64,000 nt of DNA from an uncultured delta proteobacterium (GTDB lineage: Bacteria; Desulfobacterota; Binatia; Binatales; Binataceae): contig CAVRUK010000006.1 of assembly GCA_963724395.1 (NCBI GenBank), positions 2,516,319 through 2,580,318 on the forward strand. Reading direction: 5' to 3'. Under the pieces are notes generated by a model. It was not told where the DNA came from and did not search any database. It worked only from the letters and a program-made list of their open reading frames with translations. Made by a program: the position numbers and the translations under genes. Below, piece by piece: positions 31,069 to 40,935 of the stretch; within the stretch, counting starts at the first letter, position 1, and every line of letters begins with the position of its first letter.

Positions 31069-32445
31069 ATGCCTAAATTCCGGCACAAGATTGTCGAGCC
31101 AGTCCGCGAAATTGATGTCGTTCGCGAAACCGATGTGCTTGTTGTCGGTTCTGGACCAGGCGGACTTGCGGCAGCAATTGGCGCTGCTCGTGCAGGCGCG
31201 GATGTAGCATTGGTTGAACGCTTCGGCTGCTTCGGGGGCAACATAACCGTGGTGGGAGTCGAGGGCATGGCATGGTACCGCCATGAATTGACCGTAGAGG
31301 CCAACGGCCTGGGCCGTGAGATGGAGGAGAGGGCGAAGGCGATGGGGGCGGCAGTGCCAGAATCGCAGTCACTATCTTACGAACTCGACTCAGAAGGTTT
31401 CAAGGTTGTGGCTGATCGCATGGTTGAGGAAGCCGGGGTATATCCCATGCTGCACCGGCTGTTCGTCGCACCCATTATGGACGGGGATACGATCACTGGC
31501 ATCGTTACGGAGTCAAAGGCTGGGCGCGAGGCGATACTGGCAAAACGAATCGTCGATGCTACAGGCGACGCGGATGTCGCCAAACGCGCAGGCGCGCCTG
31601 TTTTCAAGACACCTAAGGAAAAGATGATGGCGGCTTCTGTCATGTTTCACCTGGCGGGCGTTAACAAGCAAAAATTCATGGAAGGTGTTAGAGGCGACCC
31701 CCAGACCTACGAGGACTGGGGCGGTGGCGGTGAATGGAACATAGAAACCTCCGGCAAGGAAGGTTACATGTTTTCCCCCTTCATCAAGAAACCTTTTGAA
31801 AGGGCCATTAAGGAGGGGTTATTGCCCGCGAATCTTAACACAATTGCCGGAACATGGGGTGCGATACACGACTCAGGCGAATTGACGTACATGAACCTCA
31901 TCCACCTGGACAAGTGCGATGGCACCGACCCCGACGACCTTACGAAGTTCGAGATTGAAGGCAGGCGTCAGACTATGATGGCGATAGATGCCTTGCGCCG
32001 TTATATGCCGGGGTGTGAGTCTGCACGGTTACGCAATTTCGGGATGACTATAGGTATTCGCGATACGCGCAAGATCGATGCAGCCTATAACATGACCGAA
32101 ACCGATGTGCGCGAGCAGGGGAGATTCGAAGATTCCATCGGCATCTACCCGGAATTTATCGACGGTTATGGAATCCTCATTCTGCCTACCACGGGCCGTT
32201 ATTTCCAAATCCCCTATCGCAGTCTTCTCCCGAAGAAAGTAAAGAACCTGCTCGTCGCTGGTCGTGCCATCGGTGGTGATCGTGTCAGCCACGCCGCCAT
32301 ACGTAACATGAGCTGCTGTGCGGTTACGGGACAGGGTGCAGGTATAGCAGCGGCCGTGTCTTTGAAATCGAACACCGATCTCTATCAAATCGACATTGCG
32401 CAAGTGCAGGCAGAACTCGACCGACAGGGTGTTCGGGCCTTCTGA
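31069..32445 (+). CDS. FAD-dependent oxidoreductase (FAD_oxidored/HI0933-like family)
   Basis: Dinucleotide-binding motif VLVVGSGPGGLAAAIGAARAGADVALVE. Confidence 0.75.
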   Translation: MPKFRHKIVEPVREIDVVRETDVLVVGSGPGGLAAAIGAARAGADVALVERFGCFGGNITVVGVEGMAWYRHELTVEANGLGREMEERAKAMGAAVPESQSLSYELDSEGFKVVADRMVEEAGVYPMLHRLFVAPIMDGDTITGIVTESKAGREAILAKRIVDATGDADVAKRAGAPVFKTPKEKMMAASVMFHLAGVNKQKFMEGVRGDPQTYEDWGGGGEWNIETSGKEGYMFSPFIKKPFERAIKEGLLPANLNTIAGTWGAIHDSGELTYMNLIHLDKCDGTDPDDLTKFEIEGRRQTMMAIDALRRYMPGCESARLRNFGMTIGIRDTRKIDAAYNMTETDVREQGRFEDSIGIYPEFIDGYGILILPTTGRYFQIPYRSLLPKKVKNLLVAGRAIGGDRVSHAAIRNMSCCAVTGQGAGIAAAVSLKSNTDLYQIDIAQVQAELDRQGVRAF

Positions 32446-32460
32446 TTGCAACCCGCCTTC

Positions 32461-34980
32461 CTAGCGTTGCCATAGGATTTGGTTCGCCTCGAGTGGGACC
32501 TGAACCTCGCCAAATGCGGGCACTATCCTTGGCGTATAGTCGTCCGCTGGACGGTTCGACGGCACTTCGGCCGTATAGGTGAAAGCATTGACCGCCCCGG
32601 CCAGCAAGTCGCCGCGGTTCATTGGCTGTCTTACAGGCGGCTCACCATTGCGAGGCTGCGCGTACAATTCAACCCGCACCGCGTCGGGCTTCACTTCGTC
32701 GAGATAGATCTGCACACGGAAGTTATGGACGTCGCCGATAGTCTCGCAGTGCACGTTGCCGAAGTTCAGCTTGGACCAGTGCTTCGAAACCGCGTTGCGC
32801 CAATCCACGATCTGCTGCGCCAGCGCGCCATGGGAAGCCTCGCGCCGGCGGTATCCCGCAGAGGCTGGTAAGTAATACTTCTGAGTGTACTCGCGCACGG
32901 TTCGATTCGCCGAAAACTCCGGCGTCAAGCGCGCCATACTTTCACGCATCATAGCAATCCACTTGCGCGGCAGGCCGTCGTCGTCGCGATCATAGAATCG
33001 CGCTATCACCTCGTGCTCCAGGATGTCGTATAACTGCCGAGCCTCGGCGGCATCCCACGCGGGATCGTCGCCGTGCTCCTTGCCGTCGCCAAGCGTCCAG
33101 CCCACATCTGGTTGGTAGGCTTCAGCCCACCATCCGTCGAGTTCCGAGAGGTTCACGCCTCCGTTTGGCAGCACCTTCATCCCGCTGGTACCGCTGGCCT
33201 CCCAAGGACGGCGTGGAGTGTTAATCCAGACGTCGACACCCTCGACGATGCGCTCGGCCAACAGCATGTCGTAGTCAACGAGGAATACCGCATGCTGTCG
33301 AATGTCGTGACGGCGCAGGAATTGGACCCATTCGCGGATCATGTCCTTGCCCGCCTGATCGGCGGGATGCGCCTTGCCCGCGAGCACGAGCTGCACCGGA
33401 TATTTTTGATCGGTCAGAATCCTCGCCAGCCGCTCGGGATCGTGCAGCAAGAGATTAGGCCGTTTGTAGGTGGCGAACCGCCGCGCAAAGCCGAGCGTGA
33501 GTGCGTTGGGATCGAAGATCGTCCTGGCCTCCTCGATATCCGATGCGCCGTAGGCGGCCCGTTGGCGCTCCGTTCGCAGGCGCACGAAGCGCACCAGTTC
33601 CTGGCAATTGTCAGTTCGCAACTTCCACAGCACGTCGTCAGCCACAGCTCTGATTTTTTCGCCTATTCCTTCCGTGGTGCTCATCCAACAATCCCTTCCA
33701 CAGACCTCGGACCACAGATGGTCGGAAACCTCGGAATTCCAGCTCGCCATGTGGACTCCGTTGGTCACGCTGCCGACAGGAATTTCCTCGACTGGCCAGC
33801 GCGGAAACAGCGGCAAAAAGATTGACCTGCTCACCGCGCCGTGAAGCTTACTCACGCCGTTGATGGCTCCAGAGCCATGCGCCGCCAAGTAGGCCATGTT
33901 GAACGGTTCGTCCGGATCGTGTGGATTGGCGCGGCCCAGCGCCATGAGATCGTCGAAGCTGATATGCAAACGTTCGGTCGCATACCATTTCAGATAGACA
34001 TTCATCAACGCGGGTGAGAATCGGTCGAAGCCCGCCGCCACCGGAGTGTGCGTCGTGAACAAGTTGCCGGCGCGTGTCGCGGCCAGTGCTACTTCGAATG
34101 GCTGGCCACTTTCATCCATAAAGGACAGCGCGCGCTCGAGCACCGCGAATGCAGCATGGCCCTCGTTGAGATGGCAGACTTCAGGGTTCAGCCCCAGTTG
34201 TTTCAACAGGCGCCATCCGGCGATTCCAAGCATCAGCTCCTGCTGCAAGCGCAACTCAGGACCGCCGCCGTATAACTCGCTCGTGATGCCGCGATGCATC
34301 GGGATGTTGCCGGGGTCGTTGCTGTCGAGCAGGTAAAGCTTGAGGCGGCCGACCTTTGCTTCCCACACTCGAAGCCGCAGCTTGTAGTCAGGAAAGTTAA
34401 ATGCGACGCGCAGAAGGTCGCCATCGGTGTCACGCATCGCCGTTATCGGCAGCCACGAGGGGGGATTGTACGGGAACAGATCGCGCTGATTCCCTTCATG
34501 ATCGATTGCCTGGCGAAAATAACCTTGCTGATAGAGCAATCCCACGCCTACGATTGGCACGCCCAGGTCGCTGCCGGCTTTGAGCTGATCGCCTGCCACA
34601 TTGCCCAAGCCACCCGAGTAGATAGGGAGCGCCTCGCTCAAGCCGAACTCCATACTGAAATACGCCACGCCGCCTAGCGCCGAGCCGGAATGAGTTTTCT
34701 GGAACCACGCGGGCAACTGCGAGGACTCCCGCCTGGCGAGAACCAGTTGTTCGACACGACGACGCAGGTCCTTATCTTCGGCCATCGACTTGAGCTTCAC
34801 GTGGGAAGCGTGGTGCAGCATCAACCAGGGGTTGCGCGTGAGCACCCACACGTCGGGATCGATCTGACGCCAAATGTCGTCGGTATAGCGGTGCCAGATC
34901 GCGCCGAGGTCCAGCGCCAGATCGCGCAGGAGGTCGATCATCTCTTCCGAATGAATGGACGATGCATCAGCTTGCGACAT
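32461..34980 (-). CDS. glgP: alpha-glucan (glycogen/maltodextrin) phosphorylase, GT35
   Basis: 839 aa. PLP-binding region and the LAGKAHPAD-type signature. DUF3417-like N-terminus. Confidence 0.9.
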   Translation of the reverse strand: MSQADASSIHSEEMIDLLRDLALDLGAIWHRYTDDIWRQIDPDVWVLTRNPWLMLHHASHVKLKSMAEDKDLRRRVEQLVLARRESSQLPAWFQKTHSGSALGGVAYFSMEFGLSEALPIYSGGLGNVAGDQLKAGSDLGVPIVGVGLLYQQGYFRQAIDHEGNQRDLFPYNPPSWLPITAMRDTDGDLLRVAFNFPDYKLRLRVWEAKVGRLKLYLLDSNDPGNIPMHRGITSELYGGGPELRLQQELMLGIAGWRLLKQLGLNPEVCHLNEGHAAFAVLERALSFMDESGQPFEVALAATRAGNLFTTHTPVAAGFDRFSPALMNVYLKWYATERLHISFDDLMALGRANPHDPDEPFNMAYLAAHGSGAINGVSKLHGAVSRSIFLPLFPRWPVEEIPVGSVTNGVHMASWNSEVSDHLWSEVCGRDCWMSTTEGIGEKIRAVADDVLWKLRTDNCQELVRFVRLRTERQRAAYGASDIEEARTIFDPNALTLGFARRFATYKRPNLLLHDPERLARILTDQKYPVQLVLAGKAHPADQAGKDMIREWVQFLRRHDIRQHAVFLVDYDMLLAERIVEGVDVWINTPRRPWEASGTSGMKVLPNGGVNLSELDGWWAEAYQPDVGWTLGDGKEHGDDPAWDAAEARQLYDILEHEVIARFYDRDDDGLPRKWIAMMRESMARLTPEFSANRTVREYTQKYYLPASAGYRRREASHGALAQQIVDWRNAVSKHWSKLNFGNVHCETIGDVHNFRVQIYLDEVKPDAVRVELYAQPRNGEPPVRQPMNRGDLLAGAVNAFTYTAEVPSNRPADDYTPRIVPAFGEVQVPLEANQILWQR

Positions 34981-35151
34981 TCAATACTCTCCGTTGTTCG
35001 GCTGAGCCCCCGATCATTGCACGGTCTAATGACGATATTGTTAACTGTCCACGCCTAATTGAAGATAGCCGAAATGACTCGGACATCTTGGAGCACCCGA
35101 GCGGTGAACATACGCGCTTATTTTCGAGTTTTCTGCGGAGAACGCGAAAAT

Positions 35152-35273
35152 TGCGGACTGGTATAGCGGCGGCCCTGTCTTTGAAATCGAAACCCGATCT
35201 TCGTCAACTTCGACATTCGGCAAGTGCAGGCAGAACTTGACCGACAGGGGTGTTCGGGTCTTCTGATTGCAAT
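35152..35273 (+). repeat. diverged duplicate (about 88% identity) of the 3' end of the FAD-oxidoreductase gene (partner at 32337-32457)
   Basis: Direct alignment of the two segments. The copy carries an indel and no longer encodes the C-terminus. Confidence 0.8.
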
Positions 35274-35289
35274 AGAACCTTGAATCAGG

Positions 35290-36050
35290 CGCGTGCTCTC
35301 TTCAGATTTCAAAATGGCGCGGCCTGTCGAGATCCTAGAATCAGCCCCGGGCTGCTTCGGCTGCCATCCCAGCGCTTCCCGAGTTCGCTGACTGGAGGCG
35401 GGGCAGTCGATTCCGGCGAAGGCTGCGAACCATCCAAAATGATTAGCGGCTCCCTCCGGTGACTTGGATACCGCCGAAATGTTCAGGCGTCTTCCGATGA
35501 CGTCGGCAATGTCCCGAACGCAATTCCCTCTTCAGCGACCGCGTGAAACCTGGCCCCCGCCGTAGCCTACTCGAGTGCGAGCCTGAAAAGATGGGCAGCA
35601 TCGAGTCGGTGCACGGCGTTCCAGCGATTGCGGCCGTCGCCGATGTACGCCGAAACGCCTTTTTCACGCGCGAACGTTGATGAGTATTGAACCGCGCCGT
35701 CACCGTGAACCGTGGAGCGGCGCCGAAAGCTTCAATGGCGCGCCTACCGAAGTAGTCCAGATCGCGGTATCGACGTGGGCGAGAAAATCGGAAATCGAAT
35801 CGTCAAGTTCGAGGAAAAATGGCCGAGGTTACCAGCGGCACCCCGCTCGCGCCGTTGCTCAGAATGCAGGCCGGGCTGCGCAAGAGAATCTCGAAGGATC
35901 GAGCAGGCTTGCGCGTTCAGTGTGGCGGCTGGAGAGCGCGCCGCGTGGCAGCCAGGCCCGACCGCGTCGAGAGGATGGAGGCAACCAGGAATCCGCGGCT
36001 GACAGAACTCGGACATTGTGCTATTTGTTGGTACAAGCTATTGAAATTCC
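35290..36050 (-). pseudogene. degraded NAD-dependent epimerase/SDR (YeeZ/NmrA-like) gene remnant
   Basis: The minus strand encodes ...[33 protein letters not shown]... and ...FHAVAEEGIAFRDIADVIGRRL..., broken by stops and frame changes. No intact ORF. Boundaries are approximate. Confidence 0.45.
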
Positions 36051-36097
36051 CCGTCCGCGTTCGAGTTCGTCGCCCAGTTTGTTAGGAGCCAGCCAAA

Positions 36098-36258
36098 TGA
36101 AAGAGTTCAGCGTTGGTCATCGCTGCCATTTTTGCGGTCAGGAGATAGCATATCTGGTTCCCGACGCGCCCGAAGAGACGTTCGGCGCGGTCTTCCAGGA
36201 ACGCACCTTTCTTGAACTGCGTATGTCGCTGATTCACGATCCTTCGCAGCGGCGCTGA
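36098..36258 (+). CDS. small hypothetical protein (53 aa, Cys-containing)
   Basis: AGGAG ribosome-binding site 8 nt upstream of the ATG. MKEFSVGHRCHFCGQEIAY... Confidence 0.35.
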
Positions 36259-36448
36259 GTACCGGTACTGCTCTGATTACTGCGCCCGAGAGGATCTCGA
36301 CTTACGGATCAGTCGCAGAAACGAGCGGATGCGGCAGTTTCGTGAGGCGAATACGCTCAGTTTCTGGAGCGCTCAGCCGCGCAGTGCGACTGGAAAAAAT
36401 CGAGCGTAGAGGCGAATTCGGACAAACGGCTGCAGACTCACCAACTCA

Positions 36449-37234
36449 TCAAGACGGTGCGCTGTCATCTATCACGATCCAGGTGGGGGCGTGGTCGCTC
36501 GCTTTTTCCCAGCCGCGGACTTCGCGATCAACGCCCGCACTAACCAGGCGCGGAGCTGCCCTCGGACTCAGTAGCAGATGATCGATGCGCAGGCCGGCGT
36601 CGCGCGCATAGTTATTTCGGAAGTAATCCCAGAAAGTGTAGATGCGTTCCTCTGGATGCAGCTTACGCACCGCGTCGGTCCATCCCATGGCGACCAGATT
36701 AGCGAACGCGCTCCGTACCTCCGGCAGAAAGAGCGCATCCTTAACCCAGTGTTCTGGTTTATAGACGTCAATTTCGGTCGGGATCACGTTGTAGTCGCCT
36801 GCGAGAACGACCGGCTCGGCCGCCGCTAGCAATTCTTGTGCGTGTTTCGTAAGACGTTCCAACCACCGCAGCTTGTAATCGAACTTCGGGCCGGGCGCTG
36901 GATTGCCGTTGGGCAGATAGAGACATCCGACGCGCACACCATTGATCAGCGCCTCAATGTAGCGGCTGTGTACGTCCTCTGGATCTCCAGGCAGGCCGCG
37001 ACGGCTCTCGACCGGATCTGCGCCACGCGCCAGGATTGCGACACCGTTCCAGCTCTTCTGTCCGTGCCAGATCACTCCATAGCCGGCTTCGCGAACCGCG
37101 GTTTCCGGAAATTTCTCCTGGGGCGCCTTCAACTCCTGAAGGCACGCGACATCCGGCTTGAATTCGGCGAGCCAGCGGATGAGCGCTGGCAGGCGAGCAC
37201 CGATGCCGTTGACGTTGAAGGTCGCTATCTTCAT
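36449..37234 (-). CDS. xth: exodeoxyribonuclease III
   Basis: MKIATFNVNG... Matches the ExoIII/AP-endonuclease family end to end, including the C-terminal SDHAP motif. Confidence 0.9.
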   Translation of the reverse strand: MKIATFNVNGIGARLPALIRWLAEFKPDVACLQELKAPQEKFPETAVREAGYGVIWHGQKSWNGVAILARGADPVESRRGLPGDPEDVHSRYIEALINGVRVGCLYLPNGNPAPGPKFDYKLRWLERLTKHAQELLAAAEPVVLAGDYNVIPTEIDVYKPEHWVKDALFLPEVRSAFANLVAMGWTDAVRKLHPEERIYTFWDYFRNNYARDAGLRIDHLLLSPRAAPRLVSAGVDREVRGWEKASDHAPTWIVIDDSAPS

Positions 37235-37287
37235 TAGCGTTCGATCAAAACCTGTCACATCGCGCGATTGGTTTGTAGACTTGGCTG

Positions 37288-38595
37288 GTGCCGAAAGAAG
37301 ACGCTACCGAGTTGCTCTCAATCGACGGACACGAGGTCCGTGTTACTAACCCGGGCAAGCTGTATTTCTCGAAGCAGACCAAGCTCACAAAACTGGACCT
37401 GGTCCGCTACTACTTGTCGGTCGCGCCAGGCGCGCTAGGCGGGATCCGGGACCGTCCTCGGGTCCTCAAGCGATATGTCAACGGCGCCGAAGGTGAGGCG
37501 TTCTATCAGAAGCGCGCACCAGCGCAGCGCCCCTCGTGGCTGCGAACGATAACGCTCGCGTTCCCTTCGGGACGCACTGCGGAAGAAATCGTGGTCGATG
37601 AAGCGGCGGGGCTTGCATGGATCGTCAATCTTGGTTGCATCGAGCTGCATCCGCATCCGGTGCGCTCCGGCGATCTCGATCATCCGGACGAGTTGAGAGT
37701 CGATCTCGATCCCGGTCCTGGCGTCAGTTGGCCGGATGTGCGCACGGTCGCGCTCGAGGTGAAGTCGCTGCTGGATGAGATGGGCCTTCGCGGCTGGCCC
37801 AAAACCAGCGGATCGCGGGGGATGCATATCAATGTGCGGATTTATCCGCGATGGACTTTCGACGAAGTGCGGCGCGCGGCTCTGGCTCTGTCGCGAGCGG
37901 TCGAACGGCACGCGCCCAGTCTGGCCACCTCGAAATGGTGGAAGGAGGAGCGGCACGGCGTGTTCCTCGATTACAACCAGAACGCCAAGGACCGAACGAC
38001 CTGCTCGGCATATTCGGTGCGGCCGCTCCCCGACGCTCGCGTCTCGGCGCCTCTTCACTGGCACGAGGTTCCCGACTGCGAACCGTCCGACTTTACGGTG
38101 CTCACAATTCCGAGACGTTTTCTTCAGATTGGCGATCCGCATGTCGGGATCGACGCGGCGGCCGGTTCGCTCGAAAAATTGCTCGAGCTTGCGGCACGAG
38201 ACCAGGCCGCGGGCCTCGGCGACGCGCCCTGGCCGCCGCACTATCGCAAGATGGAGAGCGAGCCGCGCCGTGTTGCACCGTCGCGCGCCAGGCCAGTCGC
38301 AAACAAGCCGCGAACGAAAATGCCTCTGATCGTGGTCGCCAATTCACCGAGCAAAGAGGCCGCGCTCTCGGGTCTGGAAAGATGGAAGAGCAACCACGCC
38401 GAGGTTGCGAAGCTTCTCGGCGACGACGACGTGTTGGTCGATTCGATGCGCGGCAGATCGTCTACCTGGACGCGGATCCGAATCAACCTGCGCCATGTGC
38501 CTGAAGAGTTACGGCCGCTGAATGAAACTCCTGATCCTGACGACGACCCGACTCGCGAATGGCGCAAGATGCGCGCGTCGAAGAAAAGCACTTGA
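37288..38595 (+). CDS. LigD-type primase-polymerase (NHEJ polymerase domain) with about 150 aa C-terminal extension
   Basis: Motifs typical of the LigD polymerase/PrimPol family (LDLVRYY, KTSGSRGMHI, DYNQN). GTG start. Confidence 0.75.
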   Translation: MPKEDATELLSIDGHEVRVTNPGKLYFSKQTKLTKLDLVRYYLSVAPGALGGIRDRPRVLKRYVNGAEGEAFYQKRAPAQRPSWLRTITLAFPSGRTAEEIVVDEAAGLAWIVNLGCIELHPHPVRSGDLDHPDELRVDLDPGPGVSWPDVRTVALEVKSLLDEMGLRGWPKTSGSRGMHINVRIYPRWTFDEVRRAALALSRAVERHAPSLATSKWWKEERHGVFLDYNQNAKDRTTCSAYSVRPLPDARVSAPLHWHEVPDCEPSDFTVLTIPRRFLQIGDPHVGIDAAAGSLEKLLELAARDQAAGLGDAPWPPHYRKMESEPRRVAPSRARPVANKPRTKMPLIVVANSPSKEAALSGLERWKSNHAEVAKLLGDDDVLVDSMRGRSSTWTRIRINLRHVPEELRPLNETPDPDDDPTREWRKMRASKKST

Positions 38596-38613
38596 GCAAC
38601 GGGCCAGTCGGGC

Positions 38614-39702
38614 TCAGATTTCTCCGGCGAAAATCGCTTTCAGTTCGTGCGGCGGAACGACTTCGAGCTGCTGGTAAGTGCAATCGCGTGGCTTCTTGTC
38701 GGTGCGCCACTTCCGGAATTGCGCCATATGACGGAAGCGGGTTCCCTGCATATGCTCATACGCGACTTCGACTACCAGCTCGGGTCTGAGCGGCTCCCAC
38801 GACAGATCCTTGCCGCGGCTCCAACGTCTCCGACCTCCCGGTATCCGATGCATTGCATCAGTTGAAGTTGGCTCTGCCCACGACTTCCACGGATGATCGG
38901 CGAGAGCGTCGTGACGATAGGGATCCAGAAATCTCACCAGCTCATGGCGCTTGGTTTGCGTGAAGCTCGCACATACACCGACGTGTTGCAGCGTGCCCGA
39001 ATCGTCATACAGGCCGAGCAGAAGCGAGCCCACTGCCGTGCCCTCGCCCCCTTTTTGCCATCGAAAGCCGGCCACGACACAATCGCAGTCGCGCTCGTGC
39101 TTGACCTTGAACATCACGCGCTTGTCCGGTTGATACGCGTCGGAAAGCGACTTGGCCATAACTCCGTCGAGCCCTGCGCCTTCAAACCGCCTGAACCAAT
39201 CCGATGCGACCCCGGGTTCACGTGTTGCCGGAGTCAGATGGATTGGAGGAATCGCGGTTGCCAGCAACGATTCCAGCTTTTCGCGCCGCCGCTCGAACGG
39301 TTCGCTCCGCCAATCGCGGTCCCCTTCGCACAAAAAATCGAAAAAGACGATCGATGCCGGACTCTGCTGCGAAAGTAGTTTAACCCGCGACGCAGCTGGA
39401 TGAATCCGGAGCTGCAATTCCTCGAAGTCAAGCTCATCGTTCTTTGCGACGACGATTTCGCCGTCGAGAACGCATCGAGTGGGCAGCTGCGCGCGCAGCG
39501 GCTCGAGTAACTCGGGAAAGTATCGATTCAGCGATTTCGCATCGCGGCTCTGAATAAGGATTTCGTCCCGGTCGCGGAAGATCAACGCGCGAAACCCATC
39601 CCACTTCGGTTCGAAGATCCATGTCTGGCCCGCGGGTAACGCGTCAATCCGCTTAGCGAGCATCGGCAGCATCGGCGGGTTCACGGAAAGATTCACGTTC
39701 AT
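38614..39702 (-). CDS. ATP-dependent DNA ligase (LigC/LigD ligase-domain type)
   Basis: Motif I KWDGFR (the adenylated Lys), a nucleotidyltransferase domain and an OB-fold domain. Convergent with the LigD-polymerase gene. Confidence 0.85.
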   Translation of the reverse strand: MNVNLSVNPPMLPMLAKRIDALPAGQTWIFEPKWDGFRALIFRDRDEILIQSRDAKSLNRYFPELLEPLRAQLPTRCVLDGEIVVAKNDELDFEELQLRIHPAASRVKLLSQQSPASIVFFDFLCEGDRDWRSEPFERRREKLESLLATAIPPIHLTPATREPGVASDWFRRFEGAGLDGVMAKSLSDAYQPDKRVMFKVKHERDCDCVVAGFRWQKGGEGTAVGSLLLGLYDDSGTLQHVGVCASFTQTKRHELVRFLDPYRHDALADHPWKSWAEPTSTDAMHRIPGGRRRWSRGKDLSWEPLRPELVVEVAYEHMQGTRFRHMAQFRKWRTDKKPRDCTYQQLEVVPPHELKAIFAGEI

Positions 39703-39773
39703 TTACCGGTTCAGATGGAATTTTGAGTACAAACAGACCGAAAGATTCAAATCCTTCTGGCAGTTTTGAGTTT

Positions 39774-40931
39774 TCAGCAACAACCCCCGGCATTACGCCC
39801 TTCCGAATCGAGCACATCTGCGTAAGCTCGGATCATCGGCCCTTCGCCAAATTCAGCATCGGCACGCAGCCGCGCATTGTTGCCGAGACGGAGGCGAAGT
39901 CGTTCATCGTTCATCAGACGGAGGATTGCGGCGGCGAGTGCTGCGGCGTTGTCAGGCTGCACCAGGAAACCGTTCTCACCATCTGTAACCGCATCGCGAG
40001 TCCCGCCAACGTCGGTCGCGACACTTGGCAGCGCGAAGCGCGCCGCCTCCTTTAGAACCCAGGGCGTGCCTTCCTGTCGAGAAGCCAGAGCGAAGATATC
40101 TGCTGCGGCATACACGGCGGCGGGATCTTCCACGAAGCCCAGGAATAGTACGCGCCGCGAGAGCAGCTCGTTTCCAGCAGTCTCGAGGGCGGGGCGTTCC
40201 TCTCCATCGCCGGCGATGACGAGACAAATCGCGCGACGAGGATCGGGTATACGTGCCACCGCATCGATGAGCACATCGACTCCCTTGTCCTTGTGCAAGC
40301 GCGCAACGCATCCGATCACAAACGCGTCGAGAGCGAGCCCCAAGTGCTTGCGAGCCTGCGCGCGGCTTGGAGGACGAATTGGAGCCTGAATACCGCTTGG
40401 GATCAGGTGTATCTTGCGTTGGGGAATCCCTGAGCCGATCAACAGATCGCGCAGCACCTGGTTCCCCACGATGATCGCGGCACAGAACCGGCTGGCAACA
40501 CGCTTGCCCAATTCAAATCCAAAGTTACGCGCTCTGTGTGCCTTATGCGGAGACACGACGCAGCGCTTACATCCTCCTGCCCGCACTGCGAGCAGTTCCA
40601 ACGGTGCGAGACTGCTACCCTCGGTGTGAATATTGACGACTTTCGCCTCGCTCAGGCGCACCAATCTTGCGAGACGTATCATTGTTCGAAGACTAGGTAG
40701 CGGAGCGGACGTAACCGCCAAACTCGCTTCGGCGTTCACGCCATGTCGCCGCAACCATGGGACAATTTCCTGGCTTTCACGAGCGTCCGGAACGACCAAT
40801 CGCACGTCAAATCCGCAGGCCGGAAGCTGGCAAGCAAGCCGCGCGACCAGCTCTACCGTGCCCCCGATGCCGCTGGCCTTGATCAGCATCAGTACTCTCG
40901 TCGTTTTCATCGACGTTGCCGATCCGGACAA
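39774..40931 (-). CDS. glycosyltransferase family 4
   Basis: C-terminal GT-B motif (FLGFVED...DIFALAS..EG....EA...G.P). Confidence 0.8.
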   Translation of the reverse strand: MSGSATSMKTTRVLMLIKASGIGGTVELVARLACQLPACGFDVRLVVPDARESQEIVPWLRRHGVNAEASLAVTSAPLPSLRTMIRLARLVRLSEAKVVNIHTEGSSLAPLELLAVRAGGCKRCVVSPHKAHRARNFGFELGKRVASRFCAAIIVGNQVLRDLLIGSGIPQRKIHLIPSGIQAPIRPPSRAQARKHLGLALDAFVIGCVARLHKDKGVDVLIDAVARIPDPRRAICLVIAGDGEERPALETAGNELLSRRVLFLGFVEDPAAVYAAADIFALASRQEGTPWVLKEAARFALPSVATDVGGTRDAVTDGENGFLVQPDNAAALAAAILRLMNDERLRLRLGNNARLRADAEFGEGPMIRAYADVLDSEGRNAGGCC

Positions 40932-40935
40932 GTCG

